Source of the DNA: Polyangiales bacterium
GTDB lineage: Bacteria > Myxococcota_A > Polyangia > Polyangiales > Ga0077539
Length of the DNA stretch: 45,726 bases
Direction of reading: 5' to 3'
Assembly (NCBI GenBank): GCA_046351555.1
Contig: JAXLYI010000029.1
Coordinates: forward strand, 1-45,726
Within the stretch, counting starts at the first letter, position 1. Each line of letters opens with the position of its first letter. The notes under the pieces are model-generated. The model saw only the letters and a list, made by a program, of their open reading frames with translations, was not told where the DNA came from and did no database searches. The position numbers were made by a program, and so were the translations under genes. Shown in pieces: positions 25,969 to 35,942 of the stretch.

Positions 25969-26994
25969 ATGTTCAGCCGCGCGATGCGCCCCACCGACAA
26001 CCCGCCCAACCGCTGGCACGCGACGCACGTCGAGTGGGACGAGGGCGAGGCCCCGCCCGCGGCGCTCGAGGTCTTCGAAGAGCGCGCGAAGAGCATCCTC
26101 AACGAGGTGACGAGCCCCGACATCCCCGCGCGCTGGGGGCTCAACCCGTACCGGGGGTGCAGCCATGCGTGCGCGTACTGCTTTGCCCGGCCGACGCACC
26201 AGTACCTCGGCTTCGGCGCGGGCACCGACTTCGACCGCAAGATCGTCGTGAAGGTGAACGCCGCGGCCCTCCTCCGCGAAACCTTCGAACGCCCCTCCTG
26301 GCGCGGCGAGGAGGTGATGATGTCGGGCAACACCGACTGCTACCAGGCGCTCGAAGGCCGCTACAAAATCACCCGCGCGTGTTTGGAGGTGTTCGCCGCG
26401 TACCGCAACCCGGTGGGCATCATCACCAAGGGGAGCCTCGTCCGCCGCGACGTCGACCTGCTCGCCGAGCTCGCCCGCCACGGCGCCGTCTCCGTGTACG
26501 TCAGCGTCCCCTTCGCCGACGACGCCATGCGCCGCAAGGTGGAGCCCCTCGCGAGCCCGATCCCGCAGCGCTTCGAAACGCTGCGGGTGCTCTCGGACGC
26601 GGGGGTGCCCACGGGCGTGTCGGTGTCGCCGATCATCCCGGGGCTCAACGACGGCGACGTCGCGAAGGTGCTCGAGGCCGCCCACGCCGCGGGCGCGCGC
26701 CGCGCCTTCATGACGCCGCTCCGACTGCCGGGCGAGACCGCGGCGGTGTACGACGCGCGCATGGCGGAGGCGTTTCCCGACCGCGTGAAACGCATGGACA
26801 GCGCGCTCCTCCAGGTGCGCCGCGGCAAGCGCAACGAGGCGGCGTTCGGCGCGCGGATGACGGGCGACGGCCCGCGCTGGGAGATCGTGCGCCAGCTCTT
26901 CCACGCGACCTGCAAGCGCCTCGGGATGAACGAGCCCGAGGACGAACGTCCGACGCCCTTCCGGCGCCCGTGGACGCAGGGAACGCTGTTCTGA
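25969..26994 (+). CDS. Radical SAM protein (SplB/DNA-repair-photolyase-like family)
   Basis: PYRGCSHACAYCFA carries the CxxxCxxC 4Fe-4S motif. The protein is 341 aa. Confidence 0.8.
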   Translation: MFSRAMRPTDNPPNRWHATHVEWDEGEAPPAALEVFEERAKSILNEVTSPDIPARWGLNPYRGCSHACAYCFARPTHQYLGFGAGTDFDRKIVVKVNAAALLRETFERPSWRGEEVMMSGNTDCYQALEGRYKITRACLEVFAAYRNPVGIITKGSLVRRDVDLLAELARHGAVSVYVSVPFADDAMRRKVEPLASPIPQRFETLRVLSDAGVPTGVSVSPIIPGLNDGDVAKVLEAAHAAGARRAFMTPLRLPGETAAVYDARMAEAFPDRVKRMDSALLQVRRGKRNEAAFGARMTGDGPRWEIVRQLFHATCKRLGMNEPEDERPTPFRRPWTQGTLF

Positions 26995-27018
26995 GAGCGC
27001 GCGCAGCGTTGCGCCGCC

Positions 27019-27477
27019 TCAGAGGTCGCCGGGGCTCAGGGCGGCGCGCCCGCCGCGAGTCCACGCCGCGAGGGTCTCCGCGAGCCGGTCCGCCCCGACC
27101 ACGCAGGCCGCCATGTGCGCCCGCCCGGCGGGGGACGTCGGCCGCCCCGCGCCGTACGCGTCGCTCGCGGTGCCGTAGGCGACGACCTCGCGGGAGGAGC
27201 TGTCGCGCCAGGATGCCGTGAGGACGGCCGTCGAGACGACTCGCGAGCCGGTGTCCATCATTGGCTCGTCCATGAACGTCACCTCCACCTCGACGTCCGG
27301 ACCGACCCCGGCGCGCCGCAGCGCACGCGTGACCGCCTCCTCGCACCCCTCGGGCACGGACAGCTCGGGGTCGAGCACGACGACCGCGGGGCGGCGACCG
27401 TGCGCGGGCCACGTGGTGGCGCAGGCGACGACCTGCAGGGCGAGCAGGGCGAGCAGGGCGAGCGTTGTGGGTGCCAT
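27019..27477 (-). CDS. Small lipoprotein (152 aa)
   Basis: The signal and lipobox read MAPTTLALLALLALQVVAC. The ATG start was placed by counting back from the ORF end. Confidence 0.5.
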   Translation of the reverse strand: MAPTTLALLALLALQVVACATTWPAHGRRPAVVVLDPELSVPEGCEEAVTRALRRAGVGPDVEVEVTFMDEPMMDTGSRVVSTAVLTASWRDSSSREVVAYGTASDAYGAGRPTSPAGRAHMAACVVGADRLAETLAAWTRGGRAALSPGDL

Positions 27478-27652
27478 GGCGTGCTCCTTGGGCGAAGGCG
27501 TCGCCCGCGCGGCGAGGCAGCAGCGCTCGTGCCACGGCGAGCCGTCGGCGCAACGCAACGCGGGCGTCCCGGCGTTCGTCGCACGAATCGGACGCCGTGT
27601 CGCGCGGGCCTGACAGTTTGCGGCGAGGGTTCGGTCGCCGGCGCGCGGCGCG

Positions 27653-28750
27653 CTACGGTGCGTCCGCCGGGAGCCGCGCGGCGTACGCGGTGGGGTGGCC
27701 CTGCTGCGTCCACCAGGTGATCCCCTCGTCGAGCACGGCCGTGCGGGGGAAGCCGCGCTGCCGCAGGAGGTCGACGACGTGGCCCGACGCGGCGTGCGGG
27801 CAGGCGCAGTAGGCGACGATCCAGGTGCCGTCGCGCGGGAGGTGCCGCGCCATGTCCTCGATGTCGTAGAAGGGGAAGGGGAGCGCCCCGGCGACGTGGC
27901 CGCGCGACCAGTCGGAGGTCGCGCGCGTGTCGAGGATCACCATGCGCCGCCCCTCGGCCATCGCGCGGACGACCTGCGCGCCGGGCACGTAGCGCCCCTC
28001 GCGGAGCGTGAATTCCGGCGGGCGGCCCGTGGGGTTCATGATGAGGCGGTCGAGGCCCGGCGGGGGTTCGAAGCGCTCGGGGGGCGGCGGCGGCGGTACA
28101 CCGAGCGTGCGGAGGAGGCGGACGAGCGAGTCGACGGTGGCGGGCGGCAGCGTGCGGAAGCTCGGCATCGCGGTGCCCGGGCGCCCCTCGAGGATGGTCG
28201 TGCGGAGGAAGCCGTCGCTCACCGTGTTGAGGAAGTTGGGGTGCGCGACGCTGGTGGCGATGGTGCTCCCCTGGCCGCGGTCGCCGTGGCACCGCTGGCA
28301 GTGCTGCGCCCACGCCGCGCGGCCCGCCGTGATGTCGCCCGGGGGCACGAACTCCGCGGCCGCCCGCAGCGGACGGCGCGCGCGGCTGCGGAGGAAGGCG
28401 ACGAGGTCGTCGACCTGCGCGTCGGTGAGCGGCCCGCCCGCGGCGCGCCCCCACGCGGACATCGGCGTGCCCGGCCTCCCCTCGCGGATGGCCGCGCGGA
28501 GGAAGCCCGGCGTCGCGAGCGAGAGGAAGTGCTGGTTGCCGAGCGCGTTGGCGTGGTCGGCAGCGTAGCCCTGGAGGCGCCGGCCGTGGCAGAGCGCGCA
28601 GTAGCGGGCGTAGAGGGCGCGGCCGTGGCGCACGGAGGCGTTTTCGACGCGCCCGCCGCGCGCGCGGAGGCGGCGGCACCCGGCGGACGGCAGGACGAAG
28701 AGCGCGACGAGGGCGCAGAGCGCGAGGCGGAGGGCCGTGGGCTGGGGCAT
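27653..28750 (-). CDS. Di-haem cytochrome c fused to a C-terminal rhodanese domain
   Basis: The 365-aa protein has the signal MPQPTALRLALCALVALFVLPSAGC and two CxxCH motifs (CALCHG, CQRCHG). Its C-terminus ...VILDTRATSDWSRGHVAGALPFPF...AYCACPHAASGHV fits a rhodanese fold with an active-site Cys. Confidence 0.8.
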   Translation of the reverse strand: MPQPTALRLALCALVALFVLPSAGCRRLRARGGRVENASVRHGRALYARYCALCHGRRLQGYAADHANALGNQHFLSLATPGFLRAAIREGRPGTPMSAWGRAAGGPLTDAQVDDLVAFLRSRARRPLRAAAEFVPPGDITAGRAAWAQHCQRCHGDRGQGSTIATSVAHPNFLNTVSDGFLRTTILEGRPGTAMPSFRTLPPATVDSLVRLLRTLGVPPPPPPERFEPPPGLDRLIMNPTGRPPEFTLREGRYVPGAQVVRAMAEGRRMVILDTRATSDWSRGHVAGALPFPFYDIEDMARHLPRDGTWIVAYCACPHAASGHVVDLLRQRGFPRTAVLDEGITWWTQQGHPTAYAARLPADAP

Positions 28751-28761
28751 CGGCGGGGCGC

Positions 28762-29841
28762 TCACATCCCCATGCACGCGGCGGTGCCCGCGCCGAAGGC
28801 CCAGTTGGTGCCGCCGCAGCCCGAGGCCGAGAACGACCCGCTCGCGTCGCCCGGCTCGCACCGGCTGCCGAAGAAGCACCAGCCGCAGCCGGTGATGCGC
28901 GCGCAGGCGCCGCAGGTGGCGCCGTTGCACGCCGCGGGGTTGGTCATGCACCGGCCCGCGCCGCACACCTGCGTGCCCGAGCACGCGCGGCCGCAGGCGC
29001 CGCAGTTGGACGCGCTCGTCTGCAGGTTGACGCACACGCCGCTGCAGCGCGTGAGGCCCGTGGTGCAGGCCGCGACGCACGTTCCCCCCGAGCACGCCTG
29101 CCCGGTGGGGCACTGGTTGCCGCACGCGCCGCAGTGGGCGTTGGACGTCATCGTGTCGACGCAGGCCGTCCCGCAGGCCGTCATGCCCCCGGCGCACATG
29201 CACACGCCCGCGGCGCAGGACGTCCCCGACGGGCAGGCGCGGCCGCAGGCGCCGCAGTGGGCGGCGTTGGTCTGGGTGTCGACGCAGGCCGTCCCGCAGA
29301 GGGTGCCGGTGGCGCAGCGGCACGAGCCCGTGGCGCACGACGACCCCGACGGGCAGGGGTTGTTGCAGCGCCCGCAGTGCCCGGGGCTGGTCAGCGTGTC
29401 GACGCAGGCGCCGCCGCAGGAGGTGAGCCCCGCGGGGCAGGCGCAGGTGCCGCCGACGCACGACAGCGCGTCCATGCAGGGGTTGTTGCAGCGCCCGCAG
29501 TGCTGCGCGTCGGAGGTGAGCGACACGCAACGCCCGGCGCACATCGCCAGGCCCCCGGAGCACGTCACGGGCATCTCGGAGACGGCGGCCTCGTCGGCGG
29601 GGACGTCCGCGGGGGCGTCGGGGGGTGGGGCGACGTCGGCGTCCATCGCGGGCGGCGCGTCGGGGTCGGCGTCGGCGCCCGCGTCGTCGGGCGCGTCGGC
29701 GACGTCGTCGACGTCGGTCGGCTCCCCGTCCGCGGAGACTTCGGCCTGCTCCGCGGCGGGGCGCGCGTCGTTCGGGTCTTCCTGCGCGGTCGCGCAGGCC
29801 GCGGCGGCGGCACCCAGGGCGAGGAGGCAAGCGAAGCGCAT
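28762..29841 (-). CDS. Secreted Myxococcales-type Cys-rich repeat protein
   Basis: The signal reads MMRFACLLALGAAAAAC. An acidic linker is followed by at least eight tandem C-x-x-G-x-C-x(4-6)-T/D-x(2-4)-HCGxCG-x-x-C repeats. The first codon is a GTG at 29844, and the ATG lies at 29841. Confidence 0.8.
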   Translation of the reverse strand: MRFACLLALGAAAAACATAQEDPNDARPAAEQAEVSADGEPTDVDDVADAPDDAGADADPDAPPAMDADVAPPPDAPADVPADEAAVSEMPVTCSGGLAMCAGRCVSLTSDAQHCGRCNNPCMDALSCVGGTCACPAGLTSCGGACVDTLTSPGHCGRCNNPCPSGSSCATGSCRCATGTLCGTACVDTQTNAAHCGACGRACPSGTSCAAGVCMCAGGMTACGTACVDTMTSNAHCGACGNQCPTGQACSGGTCVAACTTGLTRCSGVCVNLQTSASNCGACGRACSGTQVCGAGRCMTNPAACNGATCGACARITGCGWCFFGSRCEPGDASGSFSASGCGGTNWAFGAGTAACMGM

Positions 29842-29880
29842 CACGTGCCCGGGAGTGTGAACGCCCTCACCGGGGCACCG

Positions 29881-30552
29881 TCAAGATCCTCCCGCACCCG
29901 GCGTGATCATCCCGGCGTCGAGGAACGAAAAGCTGCCCTCCCGGCCGACGATCACGTGGTCGAGGAGCTCCACCTCCAGGAGGCCCCCGGCGTGGGCGAC
30001 GCGCCGCGTGAAGGCGATGTCCTCGGGCGAGGGCGCCGGGTCGCCGGAGGGGTGGTTGTGCACCAGGACGATCGCCGAGGCCCCCTCGCGGACGGCCAGG
30101 GCGAACACCTGCCGGGGCGCGAGCGGCGCCGACCCGACGCTCCCCCAGGCGAGGAGGCGCTCGGCGACGGGGCGGCGCTTCGCGTCGAGGAGCACCGCGA
30201 GGACGCGCTCGTCGGCGGCGTCGACGAGGCGCGGGCCCCAGGCGCGCACCACGTCGCGGCTCGAGCGGAAGGGAATGGCGCGCGCGAGGGGGCGGGCGGC
30301 GGCGCGGCGGGCCAGCTCCATCGCGGCGACGAGGCGGGCAGCGCGCCGGTCGCCGACGTCGCGGGCCAGCTCGCCGCGGCCCAGGCGCGCGACGCCGCGG
30401 ACGCCGTCGTGCGCGGAGAGAAGCGAGCGCGCCAGCGAGGCGTCGTCGCCGAGGAGGAGGGCCAGCACCTCGGTGTCGCTCATCAAATCGACGGCGACGG
30501 TGCGGAGGCGGGCGGAGGGGAGCTCGGGGTCGATCGGGATGTCGGTGCTCAT
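29881..30552 (-). CDS. radC: RadC-like JAB/MPN domain protein
   Basis: The 223-aa protein has the JAMM motif ...AIVLVHNHPSGDPAPSPEDIAFT... and an HhH-like N-terminus. Confidence 0.85.
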   Translation of the reverse strand: MSTDIPIDPELPSARLRTVAVDLMSDTEVLALLLGDDASLARSLLSAHDGVRGVARLGRGELARDVGDRRAARLVAAMELARRAAARPLARAIPFRSSRDVVRAWGPRLVDAADERVLAVLLDAKRRPVAERLLAWGSVGSAPLAPRQVFALAVREGASAIVLVHNHPSGDPAPSPEDIAFTRRVAHAGGLLEVELLDHVIVGREGSFSFLDAGMITPGAGGS

Positions 30553-30621
30553 GCCCGACGGCGTCGTCCACGGCGCGTGCCGTGTCGCAGAAGCACTTGT
30601 TTTCAAGCGCCGCGCGCGGCC

Positions 30622-30688
30622 GGGGGTGGCGGCGGCGGGGTGGCGGCGGGGTGGCGAGGGGGTGGCGGGGGGTGGCGGCGGTGGCGGC
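30622..30688. repeat. G-rich degenerate tandem repeat (GGTGGCGGC(G)n, about 6 copies)
   Basis: The sequence is gggggtggcggcggcggggtggcggcggggtggcgagggggtggcggggggtggcggcggtggcggc. It lies between the vWA gene stop and the radC start. Runs of three or more G are compatible with a G-quadruplex on the plus strand. Confidence 0.6.
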
Positions 30689-31892
30689 TCAGCCGGGCGT
30701 CGCGGTGGGGCAGCCGAAGACGATGCGGACACGCGACTGCGAGTCGGTGCGAACACGGTCGCAGGCGGCGCCGTAGAGCACGATCGAGCGCATGCCGGCG
30801 CTGTAGTCCCAGCCGTCACGGTGGTCGACGTCGCGGAGGATGAGCCGGGGCGTGGTGTCGCCCGTGCCCTGGTAGTTGACGTTGACGCGGGTGGGGTCGA
30901 CGCGCGACGGGTCGGCGTTGACCTCGAACTCGCAGGAGATGGCGCGCCCGCGGATCTCGTCGAGGGCGCGGGCGAGGTCGGCTTCGAAGCTCGCGGTGCC
31001 GAGGGAGTAGTGGCACGACATCGTGTTGCGGCAGTCGGCGCTGCGCGCTCTGGCCGATGACGGCGAGGTCGGAGAGGAAGGTGTTGGACGCCTCGGGGGT
31101 GCCGGCGACGAAGAAGCGGACGGGCGGCGTCTCGCGCTGCGCGAGGCCCACGGCGACGCGGACGGCGTTGGAGCCGACGCGGTCGCGGCACATCTCCCAC
31201 TGGAGCACGGCGTTGATGTCGAAGAGGTTGGGGAGCGCGCCGCACTGGGCGACGGTGTCGGTGCACTCCTCGGTGGGCAGGCCGTCGGTGATGAGGATGA
31301 CGTTGCGCGAGCCGTCCATGGTGAAGCCGCGGTAGTACGCGGTGGTCCCCTGGATGGCGCAGGTCATCGGGGTGTTGCCGTTGGGCGAGGTGCCCGCGAG
31401 GCGCGAGAGGATGGTCGCCCGCGTGGTCGCGAGGGGCCCGACGGGCACGGCGGGGGTGGTGTACCCGTTGGCCATGTCGGGCTGCGAGAGCGAGGGGAAG
31501 AAGGTGAGCCCGACGCGGGTCTGGTCGTCGAGGCGCATCACCAGGGCGCGGAGCGCGCTCACCGCGGAGGCCCACTTGGTGGGGTTGGCGGGGGTGTTGT
31601 TCATCGAGCCCGAGCGGTCGAGCACGAAGAGGAGGTTCATCGGGCGCTGCATCGCGTCGGCGGTGGCCGTGGCGCACGCGGCGTCCTCGGGGATGAGGAT
31701 CGAGGTCTCGCGCGCGGGGATGGCGTCGCGGCCCACGTCGAGGTTGGGGAAGAGGACGTCGTCGGGCGTGGCGGGCCCGTCGACGCCGGCGTCGCCGTTG
31801 CCCATGGGGCCGAAGGTCACCCGGTCGCCCGAGGCGTTGCAGCCGAGCGCCAGGGCGGCGGCCGCGAGGAGGGAGTTCCGCTGCGAGGTCAT
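30689..31892 (-). CDS. vWA-domain lipoprotein (TadG-like) interrupted by an apparent +1 frameshift near 31040-31060
   Basis: ORF 30816..31940 reads MTSQRNSLLAAAALALGC...LLFVLDRSGSMNN...ILITDG...FLSDLAVIGQSAQ and then becomes nonsense. The protein continues in another frame as ORF 30689..31021 (...ADCRNTMSCHYSLGTASFEADLARALDEIRG...). The two fragments join across a GC-rich run. This is either a real pseudogene or a sequencing indel. Confidence 0.6.
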
Positions 31893-31905
31893 GCGCACGG
31901 CGGGA

Positions 31906-32337
31906 TCATCCGCTTTTCTGCTCGCCGCCTCCAGAGCCACCGCCGCCCTTGTTGTTGCGCCGCGACACCACCATCGCGATCAGCAGCAACAACGCGCCGC
32001 CGAGCAGGGAGAACGGGAGCACGAGCTCGTCCTTCGGGTCGGGCGGCGGCGTGGCGTCGGCCGTGGCGTCCTCCAGCCGCGACCTCGGCGCGCCCGCGCC
32101 CTGCGCCCCGCCCCCGCCCGCGCTGCCCCCGCCGCCGGAGCCGCCGCGGCCCGCGGGCCCGTCGATCGACGAGCCGAGCGAGCCCATGTCGCCCGAGGCC
32201 GAGGTGGCCCGCGAGTAGGCGCTGGTGCCGAGGAGCCGCCAGCCCGCGATGCTGACGCAGGCGATCACCACCAGGAGGATCACGTACTCCGTGGTGGAGA
32301 GCCCTTCGCGGTCGTGCCTGAGCGAGCGGCGCTTCAT
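31906..32337 (-). CDS. Flp/TadE-family pilin-like protein
   Basis: The 143-aa protein starts MKRRSLRHDREGLSTTEYVILLVVIACVSIAGW, which is the G-x4-EY prepilin motif followed by a hydrophobic helix. There is a Gly-rich middle region and a C-terminal TM. An ATG lies at residue 21 of ORF 31906..32397. Confidence 0.55.
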   Translation of the reverse strand: MKRRSLRHDREGLSTTEYVILLVVIACVSIAGWRLLGTSAYSRATSASGDMGSLGSSIDGPAGRGGSGGGGSAGGGGAQGAGAPRSRLEDATADATPPPDPKDELVLPFSLLGGALLLLIAMVVSRRNNKGGGGSGGGEQKSG

Positions 32338-32444
32338 CCGAGGCCCCGACGGTACACCAACGGGCGCCGCGGGATGCAAGGCCGTGCGAGGGGTCACAGA
32401 ACGCGTGACGCGCCGCGCCGGGGTGCCCCATCATCGCCGCGCCC

Positions 32445-34379
32445 GTGGATCCGCCGCCGTCCGCGCCGTCCGCCCCCTCCGCCCCCTCGCCCCCGCTCGT
32501 GGCGGGCTTCACGGCCGGCGTCGCCCTCGCGCTCGGCGCGGCCCCCACCGTCACCGACCGCGACGCCGGCGAGCTCGCCACGGCGGCCTTCCGCCTCGAC
32601 GTCGCGCACCCGACGGGCTTCCCCTTCGACCTCGCGCTCCTCCGCCTCGCCGCGCTCGCCCCCGTGGGCGACGTCGCGCTGCGGATGAACCTCTGCGTCG
32701 CCGCGCTGGGCGCGCTCTCCTGCGCGCTCGCCGCCTCCCTCGGCGCGCGGCTCGCGAATGGTGCTTCGGCCGCGACGCGTTGGGGGTGCGCGCTCCTGCC
32801 CGCGGCGGTGCTACTCGCGTCGGCCTCGGTGGTGCGCGTGTGGACGGCGGTGGAGGTGTACGCCGGGGCGCTCCTCCTCTCGCTCGGCGCGCTCTGGGCG
32901 CTCGACCACGGCGCGCCCCTCGCGACGCGGCGCCGCGCGGTGGCGGCGCTGGCGGGCGTGGCGCTCTTCTCGCTCCACACGTCGGCGCGGCCCGCGGTGG
33001 CGCTCGCCCTCGCGGCGCTCACGCTCCAGGGCTGCGGCTCGTGGCGCGCGCTCTGGCGGCGCACGGTACCCGTGCTCACGCTCGCGGCGGCCACCGTGGG
33101 CATGGTGCTCTGGCTCCCCGTCGCCTCCCGCCGCGACGGCCCCGTCGACTGGAACGACCCGGAGACCCCCCTCGCCCTCGCGCGCCACCTCACGGCCGCG
33201 TCCATTCGCGCGTCGTACGCCCACCGCATGCTCGCCGCGTGGCGCGTGCCCGAAGACCTCGCCGCGGCCGGCGGGATCGTCTGGGAGGACCTCGGCCCCG
33301 CCGCCCTCTGCCTCGCCGCGCTGGGCCTCGCGCTCTGCGTCCGCGAGCGCCGCGCGCGCCTCCTCGCGCTCGTCGGCGCGATCGACCTCGCCTACGCCGT
33401 CCTCGTCAACCCCATGGGGATGAAGGACCGCCAGACCTTCTTCCACTTCGAAGCCTCCCTCGCGGTGCTCACCGTACTCCCGCTCGCGGCCCTCGACCGC
33501 CGGCTCGCCGCGACGCGTGGACGTCTCCTCCCGGTGGTGCTCGGCGCGCTGGTGATGCTCGCGACCGCCGCGTGGCGCGACCCGACGTGGCCCGCGGTCG
33601 CCGACGGGTGGACGGCCGATGAGGTGCTCGCGGGCGCGGTGAGCGAAGTCCCGCCGCGCGCGCTGGTGCTGTGCGCGTCGGACGACCTCTGCGGCGTGTC
33701 GGCCTACGCGCAGTGGGTGGCGGGCGAGCGGCCCGACGTCACCGTGCTCCCGCGGCAGCACCTCGCCTTCCCGTGGACGTGGCGGCGCTTGCGTGCGGCG
33801 CGCTTCGGCGAGCGCGTCGACCCGGTGGGCCGCGACGGCGACCCGGCCGCCGCCCTCGCGCGCATCCACATGCTGCTGAGCCGCTTCGGCGACCGTGTTC
33901 GCTGGGAGGGGGGCGGGGAGGGCGAGGCGCCGAGCGTTCGTGCGCGCTGGCGCTTCGGCAGCGGCGAGACGCCCGTGCTCGCGCGCGTCGAAGCCACCGT
34001 CACGGACGTCGACCGCACCGCGGCCCGCTGGGTCACCGAACGCCTCGCCCCCTCGCGCGGCGCGGGCGCGCGCTACGTGGGCGCCACGGTGCTCTTCGCC
34101 GCCGGCACCCGCGTGGCCCGCGACGACCTCGCCGCCGCAGAACCCCTCTGGCGCGCGGCGCTCGCGGTGAACCCCGCCCACGCCTCGTCGTACACCAACC
34201 TCGGCGTCGCCGCCGCGCGACGCGGCGACCTCGCGGGCGCCGTCGCCCTCACGCGCGCCGCGCTCGCGATCGACCCCGAGCGCCCGGGCGCGTGGCGCAA
34301 CCTCCGCGACTACCTCCGCGCGACAGGCGACGAGGCCGGCGCGCGCGAGGCCGACCGCGAGGCGGGCCGGCGGCGGTGA
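32445..34379 (+). CDS. DUF2723 (GT39/PMT-like) membrane protein with C-terminal TPR repeats
   Basis: The motif DAGELATAAFRLDVAHPTGFPFDLAL is the DUF2723 signature. Multiple TM helices follow. The C-terminus ...AEPLWRAALAVNPAHASSYTNLGVAAARRGDLAGAVALTRAALAIDPERPGAWRNL is TPR-like. The start codon is uncertain. Confidence 0.7.
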   Translation: MDPPPSAPSAPSAPSPPLVAGFTAGVALALGAAPTVTDRDAGELATAAFRLDVAHPTGFPFDLALLRLAALAPVGDVALRMNLCVAALGALSCALAASLGARLANGASAATRWGCALLPAAVLLASASVVRVWTAVEVYAGALLLSLGALWALDHGAPLATRRRAVAALAGVALFSLHTSARPAVALALAALTLQGCGSWRALWRRTVPVLTLAAATVGMVLWLPVASRRDGPVDWNDPETPLALARHLTAASIRASYAHRMLAAWRVPEDLAAAGGIVWEDLGPAALCLAALGLALCVRERRARLLALVGAIDLAYAVLVNPMGMKDRQTFFHFEASLAVLTVLPLAALDRRLAATRGRLLPVVLGALVMLATAAWRDPTWPAVADGWTADEVLAGAVSEVPPRALVLCASDDLCGVSAYAQWVAGERPDVTVLPRQHLAFPWTWRRLRAARFGERVDPVGRDGDPAAALARIHMLLSRFGDRVRWEGGGEGEAPSVRARWRFGSGETPVLARVEATVTDVDRTAARWVTERLAPSRGAGARYVGATVLFAAGTRVARDDLAAAEPLWRAALAVNPAHASSYTNLGVAAARRGDLAGAVALTRAALAIDPERPGAWRNLRDYLRATGDEAGAREADREAGRRR

Positions 34380-34382
34380 CGC

Positions 34383-35798
34383 TCACCCGCAGCGGCGGGC
34401 GAGCTCGGCGACGGTGCCGACGGCGCGGGCGAGCGCGGGCGACCACGGGAGCCCGCACGACAGCCGCAACGCGTGGGTGAACCTCCCGCGCGCGGAGAAC
34501 ATCGGCCCCGGCGCGAGCGCGACGCCGTGGGCGAGGGCGCGCTCGGCCACCTCCAGCGCGCGGACGTGGGTCGGAAGCTCGACCCACAGCACGAAGCCCC
34601 CGCGGGGGTCGGTGACGCGCGTCCCCTCGGGGAAGGTGGCCGCCACCTCGTCGCGCATGCGGGCCACCTGCGCGGCCACGGCGACGCGCAGCCGCCGCAC
34701 GTGCCGGTCGTACGCGGGCGACGCGAGGAACTCCGCCACCGCGAGCTGCGGCAGCGCCGGGCACCCGAGGGTGAGCGCGTACTGCCGGCGGCGCACCGCG
34801 GCGTCGTAGCGCCCCGGCACCACCCAGCCCACGCGGAGGCCCGGCGCGAGCGTCTTCGAAGCCGAGCCGCAGTAGAGCACGCGGCCGTCGCGGTCGAAGG
34901 ACTTGGCCGGCCGCGGCCGCGTCCCGTCGAACACGAGGTCGCCGTACACGTCGTCTTCGATGAGCGGGACGTCGTGGCGGGCGAGGAGGCGGACGAGGCG
35001 CTCGCGGTCGTCGTCGGACATCACCGCGCCGAGGGGGTTGCTCGCGGTGGTGACCACCACGGCCGCGCGGATGGGCCCGGCGCGGAGCGCGTCGGCGAGG
35101 GCGTCGAGGTCGAGGCCGGTGCGCGGGTGGGCGGGCACCTCCACCGCGCGGAGGCTGAGCTGTTCGAGGATCTGGAGGATGCCGAAGTACGTGGGCGACT
35201 CGACGACGACGGCGTCGCCGGGCTTCGTGACGGCGCCGAGCGCGAGGGAGACGGCCTCGGTGCCGCCGGCGGTGACGGTGAAGTCGTCCTCGCCGAGCGG
35301 GAGCGCCCAGTCGAGGGCCCGCCGCGCGAGCTGACGGCGCAGGGCCCGCGCGCCGGGGGGCACCTCGTAGGTGGCGCCGACGTTCTGCATCTCGCGGGCG
35401 ATGGAGGCGGTGAGGCGGTTGATCGCCTCCATCGGGAGGAGCTCGGGCGCGAGGACGGCCGACCCGAGCGCGACGACGCCCGGGTCGCGCATCGACGCCT
35501 GGAGCGCGGCCACCGCGTCGGACACCGAGCGCACCGGGACGGCCGCGGTGCTCCGGCGCGCGGCGCGGGGCTCGGCCGCGGGGCTCCGGCGGCGGACGAA
35601 GTGCCCCGAGCGCGGGCGCGTCTCGACGAGCCCCTGGCGCTCGAGGTGCTCGTAGGCCGAGAGCACCGTGGCCACGCTCACCCCGCGCTCGACGCTGAGC
35701 GAGCGGACCGAGGGGAGCCGCTCGCCCGCCCGCAGCGCGCCCGCCGCGATCGACGCGCCGATCTCGCCCGCGATCCGCTCGTAGAGGACGCCGTCCAT
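34383..35798 (-). CDS. MocR/GabR-type GntR-family transcriptional regulator with an aminotransferase-like domain
   Basis: The protein starts MDGVLYERIAGEIGASIAAGALRAGERLPSVRSLSVERGVSVATV, a GntR winged HTH. It is followed by an about 400-aa fold-type-I aminotransferase domain (...SASKTLAPGLRVGW...). An ATG lies at residue 23 of ORF 34383..35864. Confidence 0.85.
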   Translation of the reverse strand: MDGVLYERIAGEIGASIAAGALRAGERLPSVRSLSVERGVSVATVLSAYEHLERQGLVETRPRSGHFVRRRSPAAEPRAARRSTAAVPVRSVSDAVAALQASMRDPGVVALGSAVLAPELLPMEAINRLTASIAREMQNVGATYEVPPGARALRRQLARRALDWALPLGEDDFTVTAGGTEAVSLALGAVTKPGDAVVVESPTYFGILQILEQLSLRAVEVPAHPRTGLDLDALADALRAGPIRAAVVVTTASNPLGAVMSDDDRERLVRLLARHDVPLIEDDVYGDLVFDGTRPRPAKSFDRDGRVLYCGSASKTLAPGLRVGWVVPGRYDAAVRRRQYALTLGCPALPQLAVAEFLASPAYDRHVRRLRVAVAAQVARMRDEVAATFPEGTRVTDPRGGFVLWVELPTHVRALEVAERALAHGVALAPGPMFSARGRFTHALRLSCGLPWSPALARAVGTVAELARRCG

Positions 35799-35942
35799 GG
35801 CGCCCGAGTGTACCGGTCCGCCGGGCGCCCGGGCGGTACAGATCGCCCACCGCGCGACCGGCACAGCGGGAATCTGTGCCGGTCGGAAGCCCCGTCGGCT
35901 GCCCCTGTGCTGGTCGCCCCGGGCGGGTCACATTGGCGGTCC

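Noticed and set aside
27115-28679. 466-aa minus and 201-aa plus ORFs around the cytochrome c gene
   Set aside because: These are Arg/Pro-rich shadow frames. The CxxCH-containing frame is the real one.
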